Positions 9,500 to 19,325 are shown, counted from the stretch's first letter. The stretch: DNA of 64,000 bases from Candidatus Bathyarchaeota archaeon (GCA_963739305.1 CAVTZU010000013.1:64001-128000), one strand, 5' to 3'. Notes: generated by a model not told the origin, from the letters alone. Made by a program: numbers and translations.

Positions 9500-10750
9500 C
9501 TAGCGTTTGATGATCTGTTCATAAAGCCCCAGTGTTTTTTCAGCTATCTTATCCCACGTGAACTCGTTCAGGACTCTGCGTCTGCCGTTTTTGCCCAGCC
9601 ACTTTCTTTTCTCATCGTTTTCCAAGACGCTGTTTATGCCCCAAGCTATGTCTGATGGGTTGCTTGGATCTATGTGATAACCGCACTGTTCTTCGCCGTA
9701 ATACACGACTATCTCCCGCATACCGCTGATGCCAGCAGCACCGATGACAACTGGTCGCCCCATACTCATTGCCTCGAGAACCACTATTCCGAAGGGTTCA
9801 TAGAAGCTTGGGAAAACTGCGACATCGCAGGCTGCATAGTGAAGGATTCGTTCTTCCTCAGGTATGAATTCAAACCTGAGCTTCACGTAGTCACTCATTT
9901 TCGTAACCTTGACCAAATTCATCAGGTATTCCTGCAACTCGCCTAGACCCACAATCACAAGCTTCGCCTTTGGATTTTTCTCCAGAATGTGGGGCAATGC
10001 CATGATAAGCTTGTCAACGCCTTTGACACCAGCGAGTCTGCCTATGAAAAGAATCATGTACTCATCGTCTTTGATATCATACATCGCTCTCACTTTCTTG
10101 ATCTGCTCAGGAGTCACTTTTGCTGGATCATATTTCTTCGGGTCGACCCCGTTGTAGGCAACTTGGATTTTCTCTTTCGGAAATCCGAGGCCTACGAGCT
10201 CATCTTTCATTGCATAGGAAACTGTCACAATAAGGTCAGCTGCCTTGGCGCCGTGGAGTTCAATGTTGCTCACTGTAACTGAGCCTTTTCCAAACGTTCT
10301 TCCTTTCTCTGTTGAGTGAACATGGAACGCAAAAGGCAATCCTGCCTCTTTCTTGGCAGTCATTCCCCCTATAGCTGAAAGCCAGTCATGAGCAACGATA
10401 AGGTCGAACTTGGTGCCTTCTTTTCTTATCAACTCATTAACGAGTTTTGCAGCGCTAAGATAATTGTACACGAGGATTTTTGAGAACCACTGTATCCCAC
10501 TACCCCATTTCTTCAAGTCTTCTCCAACTACATCGGGCAACGAGTCAGAAATGTCAATGTGTTTGGGCCGATGAATTTCGATACCTCGCCAAATCTCACG
10601 CGTCGGTAGGCCACTTGCATCATCATTCATGGTGAAAACTGTAACGTCATTGTCCATGAGAACAAACTGGCGAGTTATTTCAGCCGAGTAGGTTCCCAAG
10701 CCACCGACGATCCTTGGGGGATATTCGCAGACCAGAACAGCAAGCTTCAT
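9500..10750 (-). CDS. Glycosyltransferase family 4 (glycogen-synthase-like)
   Basis: EYPPRIVGGLG, AHDWL, FIGRLAGVKG, PSFYEPFGIVVLEAM. Confidence 0.95.
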   Translation of the reverse strand: MKLAVLVCEYPPRIVGGLGTYSAEITRQFVLMDNDVTVFTMNDDASGLPTREIWRGIEIHRPKHIDISDSLPDVVGEDLKKWGSGIQWFSKILVYNYLSAAKLVNELIRKEGTKFDLIVAHDWLSAIGGMTAKKEAGLPFAFHVHSTEKGRTFGKGSVTVSNIELHGAKAADLIVTVSYAMKDELVGLGFPKEKIQVAYNGVDPKKYDPAKVTPEQIKKVRAMYDIKDDEYMILFIGRLAGVKGVDKLIMALPHILEKNPKAKLVIVGLGELQEYLMNLVKVTKMSDYVKLRFEFIPEEERILHYAACDVAVFPSFYEPFGIVVLEAMSMGRPVVIGAAGISGMREIVVYYGEEQCGYHIDPSNPSDIAWGINSVLENDEKRKWLGKNGRRRVLNEFTWDKIAEKTLGLYEQIIKR

Positions 10751-10819
10751 TGGTTTTCATCGTTGCCCGTTTCTTAATAGTCTCTCGCTATAATTGCGCG
10801 TGTGTTTCTTAAGGTTCTC

Positions 10820-11107
10820 CTACTCTTTTGCAAGGGTTATTTCTATTGTTGAAACCATCCGTGTTCTGTTTTCGCCTTCTCTTGCTGGCATCTCCTCTGT
10901 TCCTATGGCGATTCTGCTTACTTTTAGGTCTTTTAGGAAGCGATTTCTGGTTATTTCAGCCACATCAACAGCTGTACTGATCGCTTGTCCTCTTGCTTTT
11001 AGAACTACTTCCTTAGCATTGCCAGCCGATAGCCTTGTCATAACTGCTAGAACATAGTCCATTGGTGTTTTACTTCCAATGAAAACAATTCCCGATTTTT
11101 CCGACAT
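10820..11107 (-). CDS. albA: DNA/RNA-binding protein Alba
   Basis: [15 protein letters not shown]...[19 protein letters not shown]...VSTIEITL. Confidence 0.97.
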   Translation of the reverse strand: MSEKSGIVFIGSKTPMDYVLAVMTRLSAGNAKEVVLKARGQAISTAVDVAEITRNRFLKDLKVSRIAIGTEEMPAREGENRTRMVSTIEITLAKE

Positions 11108-11364
11108 TTCCATCAATCCTTTCATCATTAATTGTAGCGTGCAACGTTGTTGTGTTCTTCCGGTCTCTCAACAACAGAACGCTGTTGCACTCATACTACG
11201 CATACTTCCTTATAAAGCGAAAAGACAGCAGAGTAGCCTGAGGATATTTTCACAGCTCCCAAATCCTAGATTCCGGTCTTAGACGAAGCATTTCACTTCG
11301 CATTTAGGTGAAGGTTATAATTCTTGTTTGTTGTTACTATTTGGTTCTGGGAAGGAAGATTTAT

Positions 11365-11517
11365 TTGAAACGATCTAGGAAAAAGCAGGCGAAAAAGGAA
11401 CGATTTTTGAAAAGAATGAAAAGTCGCGCAAAATGGAAACATGGAAGGAGTAACGTTGAGAAAGTGAGGAGACTGGAAATAGCACGCGCATTAGCCAGAG
11501 CGCGCGCAAAAAGTTAA
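11365..11517 (+). CDS. Small highly basic peptide (start uncertain; track ORF starts at 11308)
   Basis: LKRSRKKQAKKERFLKRMKSRAKWKHGRSNVEKVRRLEIARALARARAKS. Confidence 0.35.
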   Translation: MKRSRKKQAKKERFLKRMKSRAKWKHGRSNVEKVRRLEIARALARARAKS

Positions 11518-11552
11518 TTCCCTATTCTGACTATCTGAGTGTGGTGATCGCG

Positions 11553-11645
11553 TTGAGCACTGGAGCCAATAAGAAGAAACCAATGACTAAAAAGGAAAGA
11601 GAAGAGAAAAGAAGAAAGCACAAGGAAAAACGCTTGAAGAAGTAG
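11553..11645 (+). CDS. 30-aa Lys/Arg-rich microprotein
   Basis: GGTGA RBS, then TTG: MSTGANKKKPMTKKEREEKRRKHKEKRLKK*. Confidence 0.5.
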   Translation: MSTGANKKKPMTKKEREEKRRKHKEKRLKK

Positions 11646-11715
11646 TCTCAATCGTTACGCATTATTCATTCTCCGCGTGCTAACACTTTTATTTAGGCAC
11701 CCTTCAGTCTTGGAT

Positions 11716-11789
11716 GGGTTTCCAGGTTCAATCCAACAAATGCAACTGGTGCCTGTCAGTTTGCTACAGGGTTGAATCGTTGGAAACCC
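11716..11789 (+). ncRNA. Candidate structured small RNA (long irregular hairpin)
   Basis: GGGTTTCCA pairs with TGGAAACCC, TTCAATCC with GGGTTGAA, GCAACTGG with TCAGTTTGC; TTTTATTT about 25 nt upstream; pyrimidine tract downstream. Confidence 0.45.
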
Positions 11790-12220
11790 TCTCTTTCCCT
11801 TTGAGGAAACGTGCGCGCGAATAATTATTAAGCACTATGGACAATAAAACATTCTACAAGATCGTCGGAATAGTGAAATAAGAAAACAAAGAAGACTGAA
11901 AAATGACTTATAATCGAAGTAATCGAAAAAGTCGTAAGATTCATCGTAGGCACTCTAAGAAAAGGTGAATAGATTTGAGACAAAGCAAAAGAGTGGTTAG
12001 AGCATTTCTCTTTCACGTTGAGAATTCATGAAAGAGTGCCGGTAGCGTTGAACATATATTTTGGGACATCGATGTCTAGAATAGCGCGCGCTACGCGCAA
12101 ATGGACTTTCTACGGAAAACTAGTTATCAAGGCTGTATAGACTTTTCAGATTTGCCAAGCGTTGCGTGCGCTAGAGCGTATGAAGCATTTAATTAACGCT
12201 ATCTTCGTAATGATTCTATC

Positions 12221-13105
12221 ATGGAAAAACATGCGCGCGCATTGTTGTATCTATTTTGGCTTGAGCTAAAGAGAAGCATATTTGGAGTGAAGTATTTTGC
12301 AGAGGTTGATGTAACGGACAACTGTAATCTCAGATGCAAACATTGCTACCATTTTCACGGTAAAAACGAATTTAACAAACAAGAGCTTTCCACAGACGTA
12401 TGGGAACAAAGGTTCAAAGAACTGTACAAGTCCGGAATTAGACACATTCTTCTGGTTGGTGGGGAGCCTGCGCTCAGGATTGATGTTCTCATGCTTGCCG
12501 ACAGAATATTCCCTTTTGTCTATGTCATAACAAACGGAACAATAAAGATACCAGAAGAATTCAATCATAGGCTCTATGCTTCAATAGATGGGTCTCAAAA
12601 AATGAATGATTCACTCAGAGGAGACCGTGTTTTCTCAAAAGTGATGAAAAACTTTTCAGGGGATAAGCGTGTTGTTGTCAATATGACAATCACGAGTGAT
12701 AATTACAAAGAGCTTGAGGAAGTTATAGAAATTGCAAAAGAGAATGGTTTCAAGGGTGTCGTTTGTAACATATGCACAGGTGGAACGGACGTCACTGTTC
12801 CTCTGGTTGTGGGCGAAAAAGAGAGAAAAACTATAGTGAAAGAACTGAAACGAGTGAAGAAACTATACCCAAAAGATTTTCTTTTGACCAAAGCTATGAT
12901 AAAATGGTATGAATACCCCGACCATACTGGTCAATGCTTCTGGGGCGATGAAGTGTTACATTTCGACACTTCATGGAACAGAAGGAGGTGTTTTGGAAAC
13001 AATGCGGACTGCTCCAATTGTGGGTGTCTAGCGGGGACCTTTCAAAATCCTTTGAAAATGCTGAGGCATCCAAGAGAGATGATGAAAATAGGTATTTGTT
13101 CATAA
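12221..13105 (+). CDS. Radical SAM protein with C-terminal Cys-rich auxiliary domain
   Basis: CNLRCKHC, GGEP, TNG, SIDG; C-terminal C...C...CSNCGC. Confidence 0.93.
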   Translation: MEKHARALLYLFWLELKRSIFGVKYFAEVDVTDNCNLRCKHCYHFHGKNEFNKQELSTDVWEQRFKELYKSGIRHILLVGGEPALRIDVLMLADRIFPFVYVITNGTIKIPEEFNHRLYASIDGSQKMNDSLRGDRVFSKVMKNFSGDKRVVVNMTITSDNYKELEEVIEIAKENGFKGVVCNICTGGTDVTVPLVVGEKERKTIVKELKRVKKLYPKDFLLTKAMIKWYEYPDHTGQCFWGDEVLHFDTSWNRRRCFGNNADCSNCGCLAGTFQNPLKMLRHPREMMKIGICS

Positions 13106-13201
13106 GCGAAGCGCATGGCGCACACTCAAGCATTCTTTTGCTCCATTAACAACTTTGCTTTAGCGGCAGTATCGAAACGTCCTCACGTTGGTTGGTCGGA
13201 G

Positions 13202-13290
13202 TAAAGTTTTATCCCCTGGCTGAATTTGCACAAGTCAGCTGTCCTTTGAAAAATCCTTATTATAAATTTATATGAGAAAAAATGAAAAGA
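13202..13290. repeat. Dispersed ~90-bp intergenic element, copy 2
   Basis: TAAAGTTTTATCCCCTGGCTGAATTTGCACAAGTCAGCTGTCCTTTGAAAAATCCTTATTATAAATTTATATGAGAAAAAATGAAAAGA; same orientation as 2865-2955. Confidence 0.85.
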
Positions 13291-13395
13291 AAAATTGCCC
13301 TGCACTTAGCGCGCGCGTAACGTAAAGATTAATTTGCAGTTGCGGTTACGATTTCTGTGCAGGAATAGACTTATTAGCCAGGCTAAAGCCAAAAT

Positions 13396-15141
13396 TTGAT
13401 TAGGAGTGTAAGATTTTTGGATGGATCAAAGAAAAACAGAACTATCACCATCATCGCTGTAGCGGCGCTCATTCTTGTCTTCAGCTTCCCAGGATTCGCG
13501 TCAACAGTAAAAGCAGCGGGACCAGAAAATGGCTGGAGAGCGCGGCTGCTCTTCCATGGCCGTCCAGCATCGCTTAGAGGACTAGACCCGCTTTCTCCAA
13601 GTCAAATCATAGGCGCCTACAATCTTAATTCCGCAACAGGCGGCGCTGGAACGACGATAGCCATCGTCGACGCCTACGATGACCCGACCATCGCAAACGA
13701 CTTAGCTACGTTCAGCAGCTACTTCGGTCTGCCAGCAGCGACTTTTGTGAAGCACATGATGGCAGCCTCCATCAGTGTGAACAGCGGCTGGGCACTCGAG
13801 ATATCGCTGGACGTTGAATGGGCTCACGCCATAGCCCCGCAAGCAACGATACTGCTCGTAGAGGCCAAGTCAAACAGCCTTACGGATCTTCTTGCCGCCG
13901 TAAGCTACGCCACAAGCTACGCGGGCGTCAAGGCAGTCTCGATGAGCTGGGGAGGAACCGAATTCTACACAGAAGCATACTATGACTCATACTTCGCCAA
14001 GCCGGGCATCGTCTTCTTCGCGTCCAGCGGGGACAACGGAGCGGGCGTGATATGGCCTTCGAGCTCGCCGAACGTGGTTGGCGTCGGCGGGACAACCCTC
14101 AACCTTGACTCAAGCGGAGCGGTGACTTCGGAGACGGCGTGGAGCGGAAGCGGAGGAGGCGTGAGCGCATTCGAGGCCAAGCCAACGTATCAAACAAACT
14201 ACGGCATCACAACATTCAGACGTGCCGTTCCAGATGTCTCCTACGACGCAGATCCAAACACGGGCGTTCTGGTCTATGACAGCACGTCATACCAGGGTTC
14301 GTCGGGCTGGTGGGTGGTAGGTGGCACGAGCGCAGGAGCCCCACAGTGGGCAGCAATCCAAACTCTTGGGTTTTCAGCGAATAACAACAACTTCTATCAA
14401 GACGCGGCATCCTCAGCTTATGCTTCGTACTTCAGAGACGTTACAATCGGGTCAAATGGACACGCAGCAGGCTTAGGTTATGACTTGGTGACAGGCCTAG
14501 GCAGCCCAGTCACCACCAGCTTTGCTGCGTCGGTTACGTCGGACTTTTCGCTGTCAGCGTCACCTGCCACGTTGACTATCGGAAGCGGTTCCCTGGGAAC
14601 CTCGATTATAACAGTAACAGCCGTCAATGACTTCACAGGTACAGTGACTCTTTCAACGACTGCTCCGACCGGTTGGACGGCCGATCTCAGCCAAAACCTA
14701 ATTTCAACGTCGGGTCAATCAACACTGAACATAACTGTGCCAAGCAGCGCCAGCAGTGGAACATACTCGGTCACAGTGACGGGCACAAGCGGATCGTTAA
14801 GCCACACAATAAGCTTGACAGTGCAAGTCACCTCTTCAGACTTCTCGATCTCTGCGTCACCAGGATCATTGATGATCAGAAGCGGGTCCCACGGAATCTC
14901 AACGATAACAATAACAGCTCTGAACGGCTTCACGGGCACAGTCACGTTATCAGGAAGTGCTCCAACGGGGTTAGCCGCCAGCCTTAACCCAGTGTCTATT
15001 TCAACCTCAGGAAAATCCACACTGACAATAACAGTACAAAGCAACACCAGAGGCGGAACATACACTGTCACTGTAACAGGCATAAGTGGCTACCTAAGCC
15101 ACACCGTGAGCGTAAGAGTAACGGTCCTCGGACACCGCTAA
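13396..15141 (+). CDS. Secreted S53 (sedolisin/kumamolisin-type) peptidase with two C-terminal Ser/Thr-rich Ig-like repeats
   Basis: Signal peptide; EISLDVE, SMSWG, SSGD, RAVPDVS, GGTSAGAP, YDLVTGLGSP; duplicated DFSxSASP...GTYxVTVTG unit. Confidence 0.93.
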   Translation: MIRSVRFLDGSKKNRTITIIAVAALILVFSFPGFASTVKAAGPENGWRARLLFHGRPASLRGLDPLSPSQIIGAYNLNSATGGAGTTIAIVDAYDDPTIANDLATFSSYFGLPAATFVKHMMAASISVNSGWALEISLDVEWAHAIAPQATILLVEAKSNSLTDLLAAVSYATSYAGVKAVSMSWGGTEFYTEAYYDSYFAKPGIVFFASSGDNGAGVIWPSSSPNVVGVGGTTLNLDSSGAVTSETAWSGSGGGVSAFEAKPTYQTNYGITTFRRAVPDVSYDADPNTGVLVYDSTSYQGSSGWWVVGGTSAGAPQWAAIQTLGFSANNNNFYQDAASSAYASYFRDVTIGSNGHAAGLGYDLVTGLGSPVTTSFAASVTSDFSLSASPATLTIGSGSLGTSIITVTAVNDFTGTVTLSTTAPTGWTADLSQNLISTSGQSTLNITVPSSASSGTYSVTVTGTSGSLSHTISLTVQVTSSDFSISASPGSLMIRSGSHGISTITITALNGFTGTVTLSGSAPTGLAASLNPVSISTSGKSTLTITVQSNTRGGTYTVTVTGISGYLSHTVSVRVTVLGHR

Positions 15142-15250
15142 ACACCAAGACGCCCTCCCTCCTTTTTTTGTTTGGGCGAAAGAAAGTCTATTGGTTTCAT
15201 ACGCGTGCTATTCACGTCCCCGTGTAAACGCTTCCTGCTAATCGTATGCA

Positions 15251-17710
15251 TTATTCTGTCTCTAGCTGTTTGTTCACGCCAGGGAAAGGTCCCGTGACGT
15301 TCACCAATGTTTCCTCATCACGTTCTTCAGCCTTTGTTTTTAACGGGAGCGATATCACAAACTCAGATCCTCGTCCCGGCGTGCTTTTCACCGAAATCTT
15401 GCCGCCGTGGCCTTCTTCGATGAAGCGTTTGCATATCGGTAGGCCAAACCCCATTCCTTTCGCTTTTGTGGTAAACAACGGGGACCAAAGCTTGTTAAGC
15501 ACGTCGTTGGTCATACCAGTGCCCGTGTCGGAGAAGGAGATTTCGACGTTTTCACCTTTCAAACTGCTCCTTATTGTTAACGTGCCGCCTTCAGGCATCG
15601 CGTCCACGGCATTCTTAATCAGGTTAACGAAGACTCTTTTTAGCTTGTCAACGTCAACCCTCAATTTCGGTTCGCTTTCAGTCAGGTCCACGACCCGAAC
15701 GCTTCTTGGGACTTCTGCAGCCGCCAAGGATTCCTTCGTTATCACTTTCGGGTTAACGACGTTTAGTTCCAGCCTGATTTCTCTCGAGTATTCCAACAAG
15801 TCGTTAATGATCTTGTTCGAATGTTGAACTGCCTTTTCAACAGTGTCTAACATTTCATTAGCCTTGCCATCCAATCGTTGACCGTACTTCGTCTTCAGGT
15901 AGTACGATGCACCTGCAATGCCAGTCAACGGGTTACGCAGGTCGTGGCCAATCATCGCTGCCAACTCGCCAATTGCAGCCAACCTTTCCGCCTTCAGCAA
16001 GTTGCCCTGAGCTTCTTTTAGCTCTCGCGTTCGATCCGCAACCTTCAATTCAAGCTTGTTTGCGTAATCTTGCACCTGAACATTGGCATCGTGCAACTGA
16101 TAAATCAACTGGGCGTTTTCAATCGCTACCGCTGCCAGATGCAAGAAAAGTTCCAAGGGCGCCAGAGACTCCTTCGTGGGCCGTTTGCCGTCGAGCGGGT
16201 CGTCCACGCTCAACCGACCCACGATGCGTCCGTCTGCTAACCGAAGCGGGGCATACAACATGTCATTTGGGTTCCAATCAATCATATCTTCAGGCTTAAG
16301 ATGACTATCGACAATGCCATCAAGGCTTGTTTCCCTGACCCAAGGATCACTCCAAGGAAGATAGTAGAACTGACCTATTCTGAAGCGTTCATACTCAAGC
16401 CCGAACTGTTCTTGAACCACTCTACCTGGCGGCCTCTTATCCCACAGATGCGTTATCTCCTCGTCAGTTAACCCCACGGTCACCAAGTCATCTGGGCTTG
16501 CCATTTCCATGTTCTTGTCTCTAACAGAAATAACTACTCTGCGCCAACCTTGACTGTTGATAGCGTCAGCAATTGCATGCAGCCGTTCATGCACATCCAT
16601 AGAGCGTATCATTTCTGCTGCACTCTTCATAAGAGAAGCCTGCTGACCAATTCGTTTCCGAACCTCCTCATGAGCTTCCTTTCGCTCAGTGACATCCCGC
16701 AAGACAACGACGCGACAAGTCACATGACCACGCCAGTCGATGATAGGGGAAATACACACGTCAAAGGCTCGGATTTCATCTCCATTGCTTAGAACAAATT
16801 CCCGGCTTGTTGCAGTCGCCTCGACCTGATCTTCTTCCTGAACAGGGAAACCTTGAAATGCGTTATTTAAAAGACATCCGACAATCTGCGATCTGGAAAG
16901 GCTGGTCAATCTTTGCGCGGCAGGATTCAAATCAACGATGTGATTTGACCCGTCCAACACGATCAGAGCGTCAACCATGCTCTCCATGAGGCTTCCCCGC
17001 GCAACTGAAATTATGTCTCTAAGATGCAAACGAGTAGGATTGACTATTGCCAGTGCTGCGGTGGAAAGACAAGTAGCCAAAGCGGTCGGGTCAAATGCAA
17101 AATTCTTTGCAGAGGTCGAATCAAATATCAAGGCTATCATCCATGGAAAGGCCGCAGTCAATAACAGAGCAATTGCCTGACGATTATACGGACGGCGGGA
17201 GCGAATAAGCATCTCAACAGAAAAAAGAGAGGTGGCAAAGAGCACGGTATAGATGTATCCCAAGAAGAGAATGTATCCAGGAGCAAACGTCTCGTTTAAT
17301 GGGAAGAACGGGTTCAACGTGTTTAACGTGACTTGGCTGAAGAAAAGACCGGTCGCCTCGTTAGTCGCGACGAGAGCATAAAAAACAAGAGACACAACGC
17401 TTAGCAATGCGATGCTTCTACGAGTGACCCATTTCTCTCGATCGGTCTGCTGAAAAGCGTACACTGCCCACGCAACCGGGATGGTGACTATTCCAGTGTA
17501 CTTGACCTCTTCAAAAAAGAACTTCGTTGCGACATCGCTGCTTGCCGTATCCAATGCTTCACCTAACGTCCATATAATACCCGCCAAAACAAGCAAAGCA
17601 ATCGCCTTGGATCCCTTCCCCCCTCTACGCCAGACCCAAACATCAACAATTGATGAAAAAGCTGCTGCACCAATCAATAGGATCACGTGAGGAGCGAAAA
17701 CAAACGTCAA
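15251..17710 (-). CDS. Sensor histidine kinase (N-terminal 7TM, PAS, GAF-like, HisKA, HATPase)
   Basis: Multiple TM segments, LNPAA PAS motif, IGHDLRNPL, NLIKNAVDAM, DTGTGM, FTTK.KGMGFGL. Confidence 0.95.
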   Translation of the reverse strand: MTFVFAPHVILLIGAAAFSSIVDVWVWRRGGKGSKAIALLVLAGIIWTLGEALDTASSDVATKFFFEEVKYTGIVTIPVAWAVYAFQQTDREKWVTRRSIALLSVVSLVFYALVATNEATGLFFSQVTLNTLNPFFPLNETFAPGYILFLGYIYTVLFATSLFSVEMLIRSRRPYNRQAIALLLTAAFPWMIALIFDSTSAKNFAFDPTALATCLSTAALAIVNPTRLHLRDIISVARGSLMESMVDALIVLDGSNHIVDLNPAAQRLTSLSRSQIVGCLLNNAFQGFPVQEEDQVEATATSREFVLSNGDEIRAFDVCISPIIDWRGHVTCRVVVLRDVTERKEAHEEVRKRIGQQASLMKSAAEMIRSMDVHERLHAIADAINSQGWRRVVISVRDKNMEMASPDDLVTVGLTDEEITHLWDKRPPGRVVQEQFGLEYERFRIGQFYYLPWSDPWVRETSLDGIVDSHLKPEDMIDWNPNDMLYAPLRLADGRIVGRLSVDDPLDGKRPTKESLAPLELFLHLAAVAIENAQLIYQLHDANVQVQDYANKLELKVADRTRELKEAQGNLLKAERLAAIGELAAMIGHDLRNPLTGIAGASYYLKTKYGQRLDGKANEMLDTVEKAVQHSNKIINDLLEYSREIRLELNVVNPKVITKESLAAAEVPRSVRVVDLTESEPKLRVDVDKLKRVFVNLIKNAVDAMPEGGTLTIRSSLKGENVEISFSDTGTGMTNDVLNKLWSPLFTTKAKGMGFGLPICKRFIEEGHGGKISVKSTPGRGSEFVISLPLKTKAEERDEETLVNVTGPFPGVNKQLETE

Positions 17711-18062
17711 ACCCTGCTCACTGCTCCTTCACTGTTAACCAACGATCACGAACCTGATCGAAAACCGGGCAGCAAGCCTCACCGAGCCACTCTGAGGAAT
17801 GCTTTTCAGAAGTGCACTCTGGCCACTTGTATCTTATCACGAGATTATTACCCACCAACTTCTCTTGGAGTCTTTGAGGACAATTCCAACGTGAAATGTT
17901 CCGTTTGAAAATGCCGCGAACTAACTATAGACTTTATGAATCGCTAGTACGAATCAAGAATCGGCAACAAACCGATCATACGCTTTCTAAATGCACTTGT
18001 CTATGAAAATAGGGGCTGCATAGATTTTTTCAATGTCAAACATCAAGTCGAATGTCCATGCG

Positions 18063-18476
18063 CTACGTGGTTGATTCATAAGCGAGGCGACACAATCTGT
18101 CCGCTTCTTCGTTTTCTTCGCGAGGAACCCATCTAAAATCAATATCCAACCCCTTTATCAACTCCTTGGCTTTCGCATGCAAAGGCACTATCCGCGTGCC
18201 CTTCACCTTCCATTCGCCTCTCATCTGGCTCACAAGAAGCTTCGAATCAGACCGAAAGACTGCTTTCTCTTTATCTAACCCCAATTTTCTGACCGCCTGT
18301 AGGGCGTGAATGAGGGCAGAGTACTCGGCAACATTGTTCGTCATTTCTTTGCTCGTATCTAAAACGTCAGCGCCTTTTTCAACTACCTTACCATTTTTCT
18401 TTATCAAGTATGCAGCGCAACCGGTTCCTCCGGGGTTGATGGGCTCGCATAGACCGTCTGTCCAAACCTCTATCAT
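18063..18476 (-). CDS. rnhA: Ribonuclease HI
   Basis: VWTDGLCEPINPG, TNNVAEY, SDSKLLV.Q, WVPREENEEADRL. Confidence 0.93.
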   Translation of the reverse strand: MIEVWTDGLCEPINPGGTGCAAYLIKKNGKVVEKGADVLDTSKEMTNNVAEYSALIHALQAVRKLGLDKEKAVFRSDSKLLVSQMRGEWKVKGTRIVPLHAKAKELIKGLDIDFRWVPREENEEADRLCRLAYESTT

Positions 18477-18595
18477 AAGTCAAAGCCGAATTCGAAAAAT
18501 TCATCTAGTGCTATAAAGATTCCGCAGCCTTATTAGAAATAGAATGGCGCTTCATTCAAGTTCTTGAGAAGCACTTGACCCTTTGCCCATAATTC

Positions 18596-19111
18596 TTATT
18601 GAGAGCGCTCTTTTTTCTTTCTTTTTCGCTTCGTCCGTTGAAACTTGTCGACGATGTCAACCTGCTCTGTCGGAAAATACCACGGCATCGTTACGTAGGA
18701 GCTTGGGCGAACACCTCTTGACCTGTTTCCTTGGTTTTCACGCTTCTTTATCCTTGCAATCTCCCCTTTCCTTCTCCTAATGTCTGCGATCAATTGGTTC
18801 AGTTTCGTAACGAGCTTTTCTCCGTCCTCGCGTCCTAACGGAATCACGATGTCTCTACGATGAGGCAGGTCCAATTTGACGTTTCCTTTTTCGTCCAAAC
18901 GTACCCATCTTATGTCCGCAGGATGTATGTGAAGTGGAACAAAAATGCTAAGCAAACTGCCAAGGGTCTCCTTGAGGACAGGCTTGTTCTCAAGTGCTTC
19001 CTTGATTTCATCCTTGAAGCTTCCTTTCAAGTCTACCTTCAACAGATTCTCATAAAGCTTCACTGTGAAGTGAGGTCTGTCAAATTCTAGAACTGCCTTT
19101 GTTTGGGTCAG
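18596..19111 (-). CDS. Hypothetical protein (PH-like); frame extends upstream to a CTG after GGTGA
   Basis: Track ORF starts at 19063, but the frame continues LTQTKAVLEFDRPHFT up to CTG at 19111. Confidence 0.7.
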   Translation of the reverse strand: MTQTKAVLEFDRPHFTVKLYENLLKVDLKGSFKDEIKEALENKPVLKETLGSLLSIFVPLHIHPADIRWVRLDEKGNVKLDLPHRRDIVIPLGREDGEKLVTKLNQLIADIRRRKGEIARIKKRENQGNRSRGVRPSSYVTMPWYFPTEQVDIVDKFQRTKRKRKKKERSQ

Positions 19112-19325
19112 GTTATCACCTTCTCTGTGCGCAAGTACAACACTATTCTGTTAAGAATCCACAAGAGGTAATTAGACATTTTGAAGGCTGGGATGGCGTC
19201 AAGCGCAGGCGCACGATTATTCGGTCAATAGTTTTCGGTAGCTACTTAGCTGGTACTTCCTACAAATAGCGCCTTTGATAGCTTAAATACCCGAACCCAG
19301 CATACGTAAAGTACAGGTTTTAAAC

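Noticed and set aside
11716-11789. Hairpin as a second tRNA or a C/D or H/ACA guide
   Set aside because: No cloverleaf, T-loop or box motifs; kept only as a generic ncRNA candidate.
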